Positions 17,972-27,905 of a stretch of DNA of 64,000 nt are shown here, piece by piece. The stretch is from assembly GCA_050633245.1 (NCBI GenBank), contig JBOEGD010000009.1, positions 192,001 through 256,000 of the forward strand, in the 5' to 3' direction. The notes under the pieces were generated by a model that was not told where the DNA came from, searched no databases, and was given only the letters and a program-made list of their open reading frames with translations. The DNA comes from Calditrichia bacterium (GTDB lineage Bacteria; Calditrichota; Calditrichia; RBG-13-44-9; J075). The position numbers and the translations under genes were made by a program. Position 1 is the stretch's first letter, and every line of letters starts with the position of its first letter.

Positions 17972-19666
17972 TTACAGCCAGCTTTCATCAAATGTATGTA
18001 GGTAGTGCACGACTCGCTGTATGAACTTGTCGCCCAATTCGCCGTCCACAATGCGGTGATCATAAGACAGAGTTAAAAATCCAATGGAGCGAATTCCAAT
18101 GTGATCGCCCATCTCGGTCTCGATAACTACCGGGCGCTTCTTAATTGCCGCAACTCCCAGAATAGCAACATTCGGCTGATTGATAATCGGAAAGCCAATT
18201 ACGTTGCCAAACACACCATAATTAGTGACCGTAAATGTCGCTCCCTGAATTTCTTCAAGAACCAGTTTTTTGTCACGGGCTTTAATAGCGAGATCATACG
18301 CGTTTTTCGCGATTCCGGTAAAGTTTAGTTCACCGGCATTCTTAATCGTCGGAACCAATAGCCCGCGCTCGGTTGCAACAGCCATTCCGAGATTAACGTC
18401 ATGACGACGAATAACGGTATGTCCTTCAACTGAGCTGTTGATGTCGGGAAAGTCGCGAATCGCTTTCGTTACGCAGAATAAAATAAATGGATTGATCGTC
18501 AACTTCATTCCGGCACGTGCACGGAAGGGCTCACGATGCTTTTTAACCAGATTCACAATATTGGTAAAATCTACTTCGGCAACGCCATAAACGTGCGGCG
18601 ACGTATTTTTACTCATCACCATGTGGTCAGCAATCTTCTTGCGAATGTTATCCATCGGATAGACATCAACATTCTGACTGGCATAGCGAGCAGCAATTTC
18701 TTCCGGTGCAGCAGCAGATATTGTTGGCTTCGGTGCGGAAGCAGCAGGTGCACTCATTGGTGCAGCAGGTGCCGGAGCCACTGCAGGTGCGCCACTTTCA
18801 ATAAACTTCAGGATGTCTTTTTTGGTAACGCGTCCATCAACACCGGTTCCCGGAAGGGTTTCCAATGTCGCCATTGAAACACCTTCGGTCCTGGCAATAC
18901 TTAGAACAAGCGGTGAATAAAAGCGTCCACCTTTTTGTCTTTGTAGCGCGCCTCCATTAGATGCAGCAATCGGAGCAGGAACACCGGGAGGCTGCATAGC
19001 CGGTGCTGCTGTCGGTGCGGCAACCGGAGCAGGTGCGGAGGCTGCTGGTGCCGAAGTAGCAGCGGCAGGCGCATCTCCACTGGCAATGCGAGCGATAACG
19101 TTACCCACACCAACCGTATCATTTTCACTGGCCAATAGCTCGGTAATTGTACCAGCGTATGGACTTGGAATTTCAGAATCTACTTTGTCAGTAGAGATTT
19201 CCAACAGCGTCTCATCTTTCTCTACAGAATCACCAACACTTTTAAGCCACTTCACGATTGTGCCTTCAGTGATGCTTTCACCGAGCTTGGGCATTTCTAC
19301 ATCGTATGCTGCGTTTGTTGTTGCAGCCGCAGGAGCAGGCGCACTTGCAGCTACCGGAGCAGGCGCAGATGCAGCTGGTGCCGGAGTAGCAGCTGCTGCC
19401 GGTTTTTCAGCGGCGGCACTGTCATCACCAGCTGAGTCTATGACTGCAATAATACTATCGACTGAAACGGTGTCGTTCTCGCCGAACTTATGTTCTACAA
19501 TAACACCGTCATAGGGACTTGGAATTTCGGAGTCAACTTTATCCGTTGAAATTTCCAGTAGCGTCTCATCTTTCTTGACGTGGTCGCCCGGCTGTTTCCA
19601 CCATTTCACAATGGTACCTTCCGTAATGCTTTCACCGAGTTTGGGCATCAATACGTCAATTTTCAT
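17972..19666 (-). CDS. 2-oxoacid dehydrogenase E2 (dihydrolipoamide acyltransferase, SucB/DlaT-like) with two lipoyl domains
   Basis: Two near-identical MPKLGESITEG...STDKVDSEIPSP domains, Ala/Pro linkers, E3-binding GTGVDGRVTKKDI, catalytic DHRIVDG. Confidence 0.93.
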   Translation of the reverse strand: MKIDVLMPKLGESITEGTIVKWWKQPGDHVKKDETLLEISTDKVDSEIPSPYDGVIVEHKFGENDTVSVDSIIAVIDSAGDDSAAAEKPAAAATPAPAASAPAPVAASAPAPAAATTNAAYDVEMPKLGESITEGTIVKWLKSVGDSVEKDETLLEISTDKVDSEIPSPYAGTITELLASENDTVGVGNVIARIASGDAPAAATSAPAASAPAPVAAPTAAPAMQPPGVPAPIAASNGGALQRQKGGRFYSPLVLSIARTEGVSMATLETLPGTGVDGRVTKKDILKFIESGAPAVAPAPAAPMSAPAASAPKPTISAAAPEEIAARYASQNVDVYPMDNIRKKIADHMVMSKNTSPHVYGVAEVDFTNIVNLVKKHREPFRARAGMKLTINPFILFCVTKAIRDFPDINSSVEGHTVIRRHDVNLGMAVATERGLLVPTIKNAGELNFTGIAKNAYDLAIKARDKKLVLEEIQGATFTVTNYGVFGNVIGFPIINQPNVAILGVAAIKKRPVVIETEMGDHIGIRSIGFLTLSYDHRIVDGELGDKFIQRVVHYLHTFDESWL

Positions 19667-19714
19667 ACGTCTGTCTCCTAATCAATCGCTAATATTTGCG
19701 GTCTCAATAATTTT

Positions 19715-20521
19715 CTATCCGTTATGAGGTGCTGCTAACCGGCTTTCATTCGAAACGGCAGAAACTGCCACCGCTCCATCAATCAAAATTTGCCCGTTTT
19801 CCTCACGCCAATCGGCGTAAATTGTATCGCTGAAGGTAAAGATTTTTTGAAAGGATTGCAAAACAATCTTCCCGACTTCTGCCATATCCTGCTTTTCCTT
19901 TAGCAGCTGTTCCAGAGATGTTACGCCTTTATGGAAAATACCACAGGGTATAATTCCATCAAAATGGGCAAGCTGCGGGTTTACGTTAAGAGCAAACCCA
20001 TGCATTGTTACCCATCTCGCGATGCGTACGCCCAACGCCATCAGCTTCTCATCCTTGACCCATACTCCGGTAAATTCTGCTTCTCTGCGTCCTTCAATAT
20101 CGTAATAGTCCAGCACGTCCAGAATTACAGCTTCGAGCGTTCGCATATACCAGGAAATGCTTTTTTTATGTTGCTTCAGGTCAAAAATCGGATACCCCAC
20201 CAGTTGTCCGGGACCGTGATACGTTACGTCTCCACCACGATCTACCAGCACAACGTCAATATGTTCATCCGAAAGCTGCTGTTGACTGGCAATCACGTGA
20301 TTCTCTGAACCGTTCTTGCCAATGGTATAAACCGGTTGATGTTCAACAAATAGTAAGGTATCTGGAATTTTCTGTTCAATACGTTGACGCTGCAGCCTCT
20401 TTTGCAGATCCCAAACGTTCTGATAGGAAGGTTGATTTCCCAAATGAACAAATCGCAGCGTTTTATTTGTCGTTTCGATTATATCCTGCCAATCGTAACC
20501 TGCTATAACATATTTTAGCAT
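19715..20521 (-). CDS. lipB: Octanoyltransferase LipB (start codon uncertain)
   Basis: EHQPVYTIG, DRGGDVTYHGPGQLVGYP, HGFALNV, PCGI. Confidence 0.95.
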   Translation of the reverse strand: MLKYVIAGYDWQDIIETTNKTLRFVHLGNQPSYQNVWDLQKRLQRQRIEQKIPDTLLFVEHQPVYTIGKNGSENHVIASQQQLSDEHIDVVLVDRGGDVTYHGPGQLVGYPIFDLKQHKKSISWYMRTLEAVILDVLDYYDIEGRREAEFTGVWVKDEKLMALGVRIARWVTMHGFALNVNPQLAHFDGIIPCGIFHKGVTSLEQLLKEKQDMAEVGKIVLQSFQKIFTFSDTIYADWREENGQILIDGAVAVSAVSNESRLAAPHNG

Positions 20522-20555
20522 CGCACACTATGTGCGATGCTAATTTTGAATTTTT

Positions 20556-21947
20556 CTATAAATGAATCGGCTCGCCGATAGCTACGTGAGTTGCTTCCAT
20601 AATCATCTCACTTAGCGTTGGATGCGGATGCACGGTATTGAGCACTTCCATAAACGTTGCCTCAACAGACTTTGCAAGCGTTACTTCGGTAATCAGTTCC
20701 GTTGCCTCTGGCCCAATAATATGAGCTCCCAGCAGTTCACCATATTTCTTATCATAAATTATCTTTACAAACCCGGTGGTCTCGCCCATGCCCTGCGCCT
20801 TACCATTTACGCGAACAGGGAACTTACCGACCTGAATATCGTAGCCTTGTTCTTTGGCTTTTTTCTCGGTAAGTCCAACAGAAGCAACTTGCGGAATACA
20901 ATACGTACACCCCGGGATGGTTCCATAGTCTACCGGCACCACTTTGTGTCCACACAGATGGTCGACTGCATTAAGCGCTTCACGCGAGGCAACATGTGCC
21001 AACCACGGCGGGCCAACGATATCGCCAATGGCATAAACGCCCGGCACGTTGGTCTGATAATTTTCATTAACATTGATATAACCGCGATCCATTTCAATAC
21101 CCAGTTCTTCAATACCGAGGTCTTCGATATTTCCCTGAACGCCGATTGCCATGAGCGCCTTTTCAGCAGTGATAACTTCAGACTTACCGTCTTTGCCGGA
21201 AATCGTCAGCTTCACCTGCGTCTTGGTTTTTTCAAGCTTTTCGACTTTGGTTTCGGTATGAAACTTAATCCCCTGCCCTTTAAAGGCCTTCTCAAGTTCT
21301 TTGGAAACCTCTTCATCCTCAATAGGCAAAAGGTGCGGCATCATTTCAATAATCGTAACGTCACTACCGAGGGCATTAAAGAAATATGCAAACTCGACAC
21401 CGATCGCACCGGCACCAACAACAACGATAGACTTCGGCAGCTTTTCCACAACCATTGCTTCGCGATAGCTAAGTACCTGCTTACCATCTACTTCCATTCC
21501 GGGAATTTGACGGGCACGTGCACCGGTTGCAACGATCACATTGGTTGCGGTAACTTTTTGAGTTTTACCATCTGCAGCCTTTACCTCAACGGTATTGCGA
21601 TCGAGCAGTTTGCCGTGTCCGGATAAAACTTCAATCTTATTTTTCTTCATCAAAAAGGTAACGCCTTTGGACATGCGTCCGGCGACATCGCGACTTCGTT
21701 TAATCACTTTTTCAAAGTCTACCTTAGGAGCAGCGACCTTTACACCATAAGCATCGGCATGGCTTATCAATTCGAAGACTTCCGCACTTCTAAGTAGCGC
21801 TTTAGTAGGGATACATCCCCAGTTCAAACAAATACCGCCGAGTTCGGCACGTTCAATAATTGCGGTTTTTTTGCCATGCTGGGCAGCGCGAATAGCTGCA
21901 ACATATCCACCAGGACCGGATCCAATAACTACTACGTCAAACTGCAT
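20556..21947 (-). CDS. lpdA: Dihydrolipoamide dehydrogenase (E3)
   Basis: GSGPGGYVAA, GGICLNWGCIPTK, HPHPTLSE. Confidence 0.97.
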   Translation of the reverse strand: MQFDVVVIGSGPGGYVAAIRAAQHGKKTAIIERAELGGICLNWGCIPTKALLRSAEVFELISHADAYGVKVAAPKVDFEKVIKRSRDVAGRMSKGVTFLMKKNKIEVLSGHGKLLDRNTVEVKAADGKTQKVTATNVIVATGARARQIPGMEVDGKQVLSYREAMVVEKLPKSIVVVGAGAIGVEFAYFFNALGSDVTIIEMMPHLLPIEDEEVSKELEKAFKGQGIKFHTETKVEKLEKTKTQVKLTISGKDGKSEVITAEKALMAIGVQGNIEDLGIEELGIEMDRGYINVNENYQTNVPGVYAIGDIVGPPWLAHVASREALNAVDHLCGHKVVPVDYGTIPGCTYCIPQVASVGLTEKKAKEQGYDIQVGKFPVRVNGKAQGMGETTGFVKIIYDKKYGELLGAHIIGPEATELITEVTLAKSVEATFMEVLNTVHPHPTLSEMIMEATHVAIGEPIHL

Positions 21948-22077
21948 ATTGAGGTCTCCACGTATGGGTTTATTTATAAATAGTCATATATATAGTCGGC
22001 AAAATTATCCAAAAAATAATTTACGGAATCACAGATTAGATGCAAGTGAATAAAAGAATGTTGCAGAGAGAAAAACG

Positions 22078-22977
22078 TTATATACCGGAGCCGAGCAGGC
22101 TATCAATAGAGAGCGCCAACATAACCAAAAGCATGTAGATATTGATACCCATGAATGCACCGCGAAACGAGAAGTCGTTTAGCGCACCGGTCAACAAATT
22201 TCGGCTGTTCCAAAGTAGCCATGCTGCAGACGCCAACAGCGCCAAATATAGCAAGATGGAAGAACTGACAGCCAATATCGGGATCATCATACAGGAGATA
22301 ACCGTGAGTATTGTCCAGTAGTAGGTGCTTCGAGCCAGTTCACGATTTGTCATGAAGCTGGTTAGTGCGGGAAAGCCTGCACGCTCGTAGTCTTTGCCGT
22401 AGGTGAACAGTAGCAACCAAAAATGTGGGATCTGCCAAATAAAGAAAAACATGGCGAGTGCCAGAAGTTCAGGCTCGAGCAATGAGCCACCTGCAGCAGC
22501 CCAACCGATGGCCGGAGGAATTGCACCAATAAGTGAGCCGGGAATAACCGCGCGCGGAGAATAGCGTTTCAATGGCGTATAGATGCCATTATACCACATC
22601 ACGTTAAACAAGCCGAGCGTTAGCGTTATGATTCCATGGGGTCCGACAGCCAGAACCAAAGACCCTGCAGCAAGCAAACCCAGTGCAGAGGTTAATGCTT
22701 CAGCAGCACTCATTCTTCCTGAAGGAATGGGACGCAAACGCGTACGCTGCATTTGAGCATCGAGGTGTCGTTCCTGATATTGATTGAGTGCGGCAGAGCC
22801 GCAGGAGAGTAGGAATGTGCCGAGGACGGGCAAAATCATGTCCAAAGCAAAACTACCGGCTGCCATGATGTAGCCCACAACAGTGGACATGGCAACCAGT
22901 TGAGAAATGCGTATTTTGCTGAGTTCTACAACCAGCTTGGCGCGTGATGTCATATTCGCAGCAATGGAACCATACAT
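22078..22977 (-). CDS. ctaB: Protoheme IX farnesyltransferase (heme O synthase)
   Basis: ALNQYQERHLDAQMQRTRLRPIPSG, YTPLKR, WQIPHF, DYERAG. Confidence 0.93.
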   Translation of the reverse strand: MYGSIAANMTSRAKLVVELSKIRISQLVAMSTVVGYIMAAGSFALDMILPVLGTFLLSCGSAALNQYQERHLDAQMQRTRLRPIPSGRMSAAEALTSALGLLAAGSLVLAVGPHGIITLTLGLFNVMWYNGIYTPLKRYSPRAVIPGSLIGAIPPAIGWAAAGGSLLEPELLALAMFFFIWQIPHFWLLLFTYGKDYERAGFPALTSFMTNRELARSTYYWTILTVISCMMIPILAVSSSILLYLALLASAAWLLWNSRNLLTGALNDFSFRGAFMGINIYMLLVMLALSIDSLLGSGI

Positions 22978-23006
22978 AGTCTGATGCCTCTTAGGACGTG
23001 TTTGTC

Positions 23007-23660
23007 CTACATGGACTCGTTGGTTTCAGGTATTTCGATGGCAGCGGTAGATTCATCGGCTTTTGCATTTGCATTATACCACGCATCGAATTCAGCACGC
23101 TCCATAGCTACCACAGCCGTATACATATAGGCATGATCCAGACCGCAATATTCGGTGCAAAACACCTGATACTGACCTGCAGCCGGTGCCGTGAACCACA
23201 TGCGGTTCTTGCCGTCCGGCACACAATCTTTTTTCACACGGAATTCAGGAATATAGAAGCTATGCAGCACGTCGACAGATTCCATTTTACAATCGATGGG
23301 CTGATCTACCGGCACATACATTGTATCACTGGTAGCGCCGTTGGGATAGGTAAAATTCCACCCCCACATTCTTGCGGTAACTTCAACTTCCATTGCGTCA
23401 TCCGGAATGCTCTCCATGTGATTGTAACCACTATAGCCAGCCCAAAACATCGTCATGACCAGCAGCGTCGGTCCGACTGTCCAGATCACCTCAAGCATCA
23501 CATTTCCGTGAATGTCGGTTCCCTTTTCATTGCGAGTATGATGATAACGAAATACGAAGTAGAGCATTGTTGCCGTAACACCAATCATCAATGCAATTGA
23601 AACATACATCACATATAGGAATGCCGAATCTACTTCAGCAACAAAATTTCCCGAGATCAT
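23007..23660 (-). CDS. coxB: Cytochrome c oxidase subunit II (CuA; no fused cytochrome c)
   Basis: LEVIWT, DVLHSF, CTEYCGLDHAYM. Confidence 0.95.
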   Translation of the reverse strand: MISGNFVAEVDSAFLYVMYVSIALMIGVTATMLYFVFRYHHTRNEKGTDIHGNVMLEVIWTVGPTLLVMTMFWAGYSGYNHMESIPDDAMEVEVTARMWGWNFTYPNGATSDTMYVPVDQPIDCKMESVDVLHSFYIPEFRVKKDCVPDGKNRMWFTAPAAGQYQVFCTEYCGLDHAYMYTAVVAMERAEFDAWYNANAKADESTAAIEIPETNESM

Positions 23661-23719
23661 ATCAACCTCTTCTTATTAAGAAGGCCCAGAGGCCAGATTT
23701 TCAACGTTTATGAACTTCG

Positions 23720-24022
23720 CTATGGGCGGAATCCAATATCAATAAATGTCAGCGTTATAAAAATCGCAAACGTAATAAAGCAAACTAAAATCATGCCCTT
23801 AAACAAAATCGATTCGTATTTCAAGTGCATGAAGTACCATAAAACAAGTGCAGACTTAATTGTGGCAATTCCCATTGCTACCGGCACTGTCCAGACGCCA
23901 AGGTGAACGACAGCAGCCATAATTGTAATGCCGGTCAGTCCAACCAGCGTCAACCACACCAGCCAATACAGGCCATAGCCTGGCCCGTGGTGCTCGTGTG
24001 CATGTGTATCGTTGTGACTCAT
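23720..24022 (-). CDS. coxD: Cytochrome c oxidase subunit IV
   Basis: VWLTLVGLTGIT, IATIKSALVLWYFMHLKY. GGAG upstream of ATG 24022. Confidence 0.88.
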   Translation of the reverse strand: MSHNDTHAHEHHGPGYGLYWLVWLTLVGLTGITIMAAVVHLGVWTVPVAMGIATIKSALVLWYFMHLKYESILFKGMILVCFITFAIFITLTFIDIGFRP

Positions 24023-24093
24023 TTCATTCTCCGTTTTCAGTAAAGCTGCCACTTTTGCAGCAGCATTCTCATCATTTCTTTATCTGTATTCTC

Positions 24094-24900
24094 TTATGTG
24101 ATGAGATAGAACAGCGGAAACAGGAAGATCCAGATAACATCTACAATGTGCCAGTAGAGGCCTGAATTTTCCAGCTTAATTTCGTTTCGCGGATCCATAG
24201 TCTCGGGCGTTGGCTCATAATAGACATTTACCTCGACGCGCTCTACTTTGCCTTCAAGATCAGACACTTTGCCAATCTCATTACCGTTTTCGGAAACGAC
24301 CGAAAGGTGAGATTTGCCGCGTAGCCCTTCAAGGATATTGTAGTCGATAACCTCGGTGTTCTTTGGCTTTCGTGCAATAAAATAAAGCACTGTGCCCAGA
24401 ACAGCCATCCCGATAATAACGTGAACACCGTGCAAACCGGTCATCGCATAATAGAGATTATAGAAAACAACCTCGCCTAAGCTAAAGGTATCCATCAATT
24501 CAGAGCCCGGATAAATTCCGAGGTGAATTTTATGTCCCCATTCGAAGTATTTTACAACGAGAAAGATAAACGCGCAGGCGATAGTAACGGCAAGAAGCCA
24601 GATGCTGAGCTTGCGGTTGCCTTTCTGCAACGCGGTGATAGACATAGCCACGGTAAGACTACTCGTCAATAGAACCAGCGTATTGAAGCCGCCAAGCACC
24701 GGATTGAGTCCGGCGGCAGCGGTATGAAAATCGTCAGGATACATCGAACGGTAAACCGCATAGAGCAGAAACAGTCCGCCGAACAATAAGATTTCAGTAA
24801 ACAGGAACAACCACATGGCGATCTTGGCACCCTCAAAGTCACTCGGGTGCTTATGGACAACTACGCCATGACCGTGGTCTGTATGTGCATGACTAGCCAT
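24094..24900 (-). CDS. coxC: Cytochrome c oxidase subunit III with a ~55-aa soluble insertion
   Basis: MWLFLFTEILLFGGLF, NTLVLLTSS, TGLHGVHV, GLYWHIVDVIWIFLFPLFY. Confidence 0.93.
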   Translation of the reverse strand: MASHAHTDHGHGVVVHKHPSDFEGAKIAMWLFLFTEILLFGGLFLLYAVYRSMYPDDFHTAAAGLNPVLGGFNTLVLLTSSLTVAMSITALQKGNRKLSIWLLAVTIACAFIFLVVKYFEWGHKIHLGIYPGSELMDTFSLGEVVFYNLYYAMTGLHGVHVIIGMAVLGTVLYFIARKPKNTEVIDYNILEGLRGKSHLSVVSENGNEIGKVSDLEGKVERVEVNVYYEPTPETMDPRNEIKLENSGLYWHIVDVIWIFLFPLFYLIT

Positions 24901-26532
24901 TTACACTTCCTCCGGATTGTGATCGTATGGTCCACCGGTAACTGTCGGAATAACTTCAAAGTTTTCCAGTGGCGGCGGAGAAGGAACACTCCACTCAAGT
25001 GTCGTAGAACCCCAGGGATTGTCTCCGGATGGTTCACCATTTCTCATACCATTTATCAGGTTTATTAACATGGCAACGATGCCGGCAATTAAAATCCATG
25101 ATCCCACCGTTGCGAATGTATGTCCACTGGCAAATTCATTGGTAAAGTCGTAATAACGACGCGGCATGCCTTGATAACCCAGGAAGAACATGGTGAAATA
25201 CAGCATGTTGAAGCCGATCATCATCGTAGCCCAAGACACATTAGCAATCATTTTGTTATACATTTTGCCAAACATCTTCGGGAACCAGTAGTGAATACCG
25301 GCAAACATTCCCATCATTGTTCCACCGAACATCACATAGTGGAAGTGCCCCACAACGAAATACGTATCGTGCAGGTGGATGTCCACGTTCAGCACACCGA
25401 GCACCAATCCGGTAAATCCACCAATTGAAAACAGGAAGATAAATCCGAGTGCATACAAAAATGGTGGTTCAATGCGGATAGAACCTTTATAGAGCGTGGC
25501 AATCCAGTTAAACACTTTGATAGCGGTTGGAATACCGACAATAAAGGTGATTAACGAGAAAACAATATTAGCCGTGTAACTCTGACCACTGGTAAACATA
25601 TGGTGTCCCCACACCAGCGAGCCCGCGAGTGCAATACCAACGCTGGAATAAACGATTAGCTTATAGCCAAAGATCGTGCGTCGTGCGAATGCGGGAAGAA
25701 CATCAGAGATAATACCCATCGCCGGGAGAATCATAATATAAACAGCGGGGTGCGAATAAATCCAAAATAAGTGCTGGTAGAGAATGGGGTCGCCTCCCAT
25801 CGTGGGATCGAACACTCCGATTCCAACAATACGCTCAACAAAAACCAGCAACATGGTAATACCAAGAATCGGCGTGGCCAGAACCTGAATCCAACCCGTT
25901 GCATAAAGCCCCCAGCAAAACAGCGGCATTTGAAAGAATCCCATGCCCGGTGCCCGCATTTGGTGCATTGTAGTAACAAAGTTCATTCCGGTTAAAATAG
26001 AAGAAAACCCGAGAACAAATACCCCAAAGACAGCAAGTGGCACGTTTGTAGTCGTCCTCACACTGTAAGGCGCATAAAACGTCCATCCACCGTCAGGCAG
26101 TCCGCCGGCGGTAAAAAGTGACATAAATACGATAACCGCGCCGATCATGTATAACCACCATGAAAGCAGGTTCAGGCGTGGAAAAGCTACATCCAGCGCA
26201 CCGAGTTGCAATGGCATGATAAAGTTACCAAGCGTGGCGGGAATACCGGGAACCACAACGAGAAAAACCATAATCACACCATGCAGGGTGAATAAGGCGT
26301 TGTAGGTTTCAGCGGAAACAATGGTTGGGCCCTGCGAAAGCTGCTCGATTCGCATAAAAAAGGCTAACGTTACTCCAATCATGAAGAACGTGAGAAGTGA
26401 TGCCAGATAAAGCAAACCAATACGCTTGTGATCCGTCGACAAAATCCAACCTAAAAGGCCGGTATGTTTGCCGCGGTATTCAAGATAATTCGGCTCTTGC
26501 TTTTTCGCATCGGTAATAGCATGACTTGCCAT
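24901..26532 (-). CDS. coxA: Cytochrome c oxidase subunit I, type A2
   Basis: TDHKRIG, YSHPAVY (A2 signature), WGHH, HFHY, GMPRRY. Confidence 0.97.
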   Translation of the reverse strand: MASHAITDAKKQEPNYLEYRGKHTGLLGWILSTDHKRIGLLYLASLLTFFMIGVTLAFFMRIEQLSQGPTIVSAETYNALFTLHGVIMVFLVVVPGIPATLGNFIMPLQLGALDVAFPRLNLLSWWLYMIGAVIVFMSLFTAGGLPDGGWTFYAPYSVRTTTNVPLAVFGVFVLGFSSILTGMNFVTTMHQMRAPGMGFFQMPLFCWGLYATGWIQVLATPILGITMLLVFVERIVGIGVFDPTMGGDPILYQHLFWIYSHPAVYIMILPAMGIISDVLPAFARRTIFGYKLIVYSSVGIALAGSLVWGHHMFTSGQSYTANIVFSLITFIVGIPTAIKVFNWIATLYKGSIRIEPPFLYALGFIFLFSIGGFTGLVLGVLNVDIHLHDTYFVVGHFHYVMFGGTMMGMFAGIHYWFPKMFGKMYNKMIANVSWATMMIGFNMLYFTMFFLGYQGMPRRYYDFTNEFASGHTFATVGSWILIAGIVAMLINLINGMRNGEPSGDNPWGSTTLEWSVPSPPPLENFEVIPTVTGGPYDHNPEEV

Positions 26533-26546
26533 ATGCACTACCCCAT

Positions 26547-27350
26547 TTATGGTTTAATTTTTACAGACGTTTTTCTTAAATACAAGACAAATGCCAGTAA
26601 TGTTAAGAGAATGCCGATGCCGGATATTCTAGTGACGTTAAATACATAGGATCGACCTTCCGGATCATAACTGAAACAAAACTTAATCACTTTTGCAATA
26701 CTTGGTCCGGTGCGATTCTCAGCAGCTTCAATTAGCGCGAGCTTTAAATCGAAGGGGTTGTAACTAATCCCATATAAATAGCGTGCAATTTTTCCTTCAT
26801 CAGAAAGCGTCATTACCGCCGCACCATGAGCAAAATCATCACCGGTGCGCTTAAAACCAAATCCTACCGAATTGGTTATCGCTGCAATTGCAGCACTATC
26901 CCCTGTTAACCAATGCCATTGACTCGCCGGAAATTCTTTTTGAAGTTGAGCGAGGTGATTGCTCTTTTTCTGCTTGGCAAGCGTTGACTTATCATCTTCG
27001 TTAATACTTATGGTGATAATCTTATAGTCTTTACCCGGCTCCCGGTCTACCTGATCAATCACCTTCAAAAGCCCGTTCAGCAGCGGAGTACAAATTCCGG
27101 GGCAGCTGTAGTAGACAAATGCTAAAAGAACCGGTTTGTCTATCAGTTCTCCAATCAAAACAGAATCACCGTTCTCATCGAAAAAAACTACAGACTTGTC
27201 GATCTTTTCACCGAGACGCTCATCAATACCAGGCACGTTCTCCTCTGCTAAAACAGCGCTGCCGCAAAGGACAAAAGCGGACAAAAGAACGCTGCACAAA
27301 GAGCGCCTGAGAAACAAAAAATTGATCGTTTTGATAGCAATACCCGTCAT
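26547..27350 (-). CDS. SCO1/SenC family copper chaperone
   Basis: YYSCPGICTP (CxxxC), AHGA, ARYLYG, FCFSYDP. Start uncertain (27350 or 27395). Confidence 0.9.
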   Translation of the reverse strand: MTGIAIKTINFLFLRRSLCSVLLSAFVLCGSAVLAEENVPGIDERLGEKIDKSVVFFDENGDSVLIGELIDKPVLLAFVYYSCPGICTPLLNGLLKVIDQVDREPGKDYKIITISINEDDKSTLAKQKKSNHLAQLQKEFPASQWHWLTGDSAAIAAITNSVGFGFKRTGDDFAHGAAVMTLSDEGKIARYLYGISYNPFDLKLALIEAAENRTGPSIAKVIKFCFSYDPEGRSYVFNVTRISGIGILLTLLAFVLYLRKTSVKIKP

Positions 27351-27467
27351 GTGTTGATCGCAGGTGAAATTATAAAAGTGGTGCCAAAATAACAAATGGT
27401 AAATAAAAATCAGCTACCCACCAGATTAATGGCGCTTTAAGCACAAATTATAACAGAACAAGCTCTA

Positions 27468-27485
27468 TTGTGAACATATTCACAT
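27468..27485. promoter_or_regulatory. Rex-like operator upstream of the sco-cox operon
   Basis: TTGTGAA-CATA-TTCACAT matches the Rex consensus TTGTGAA-N4-TTCACAA at 13 of 14 positions. Confidence 0.65.
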
Positions 27486-27527
27486 TGCATAATTTATGCT
27501 TTGTGAGTGGATCACACAAGACAAAAA

Positions 27528-27902
27528 TTATTTACGAAGGAAATAAAAACGGGAAAAAATCCAAACGGCGATTGCAACACCTGCGGCATCAGCCAAAGCA
27601 TCGAGTGGATCAGCAAAACGGCCCGGAACAAAGTATTGATGCACCTCATCGCTTATCCCATACAATGAACCGGTTATAAAGGTAAACCTGCCCCACTTTT
27701 CACGCAAAACAGGATAGCGATCCTGAAAATAAAATGCCCGGGCAATCAACCAGCCGAAAACGGCGTAGGCAATAAGATGAGAGTATTTATCTGAAAAGCG
27801 AATCCCGAAGTCCGGCCCCTGAATATCCGGCATATCAGAAAGCATGTAAATGGCAACCGCTGTAAGTATAGCGGGGAGCTGATATCGCACAAAATGAAGC
27901 AT
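27528..27902 (-). CDS. VanZ-like family membrane protein
   Basis: DKYSHLIAY, YGISDEVHQYFVPGR, DALAD. Confidence 0.88.
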   Translation of the reverse strand: MLHFVRYQLPAILTAVAIYMLSDMPDIQGPDFGIRFSDKYSHLIAYAVFGWLIARAFYFQDRYPVLREKWGRFTFITGSLYGISDEVHQYFVPGRFADPLDALADAAGVAIAVWIFSRFYFLRK

Positions 27903-27905
27903 CTC

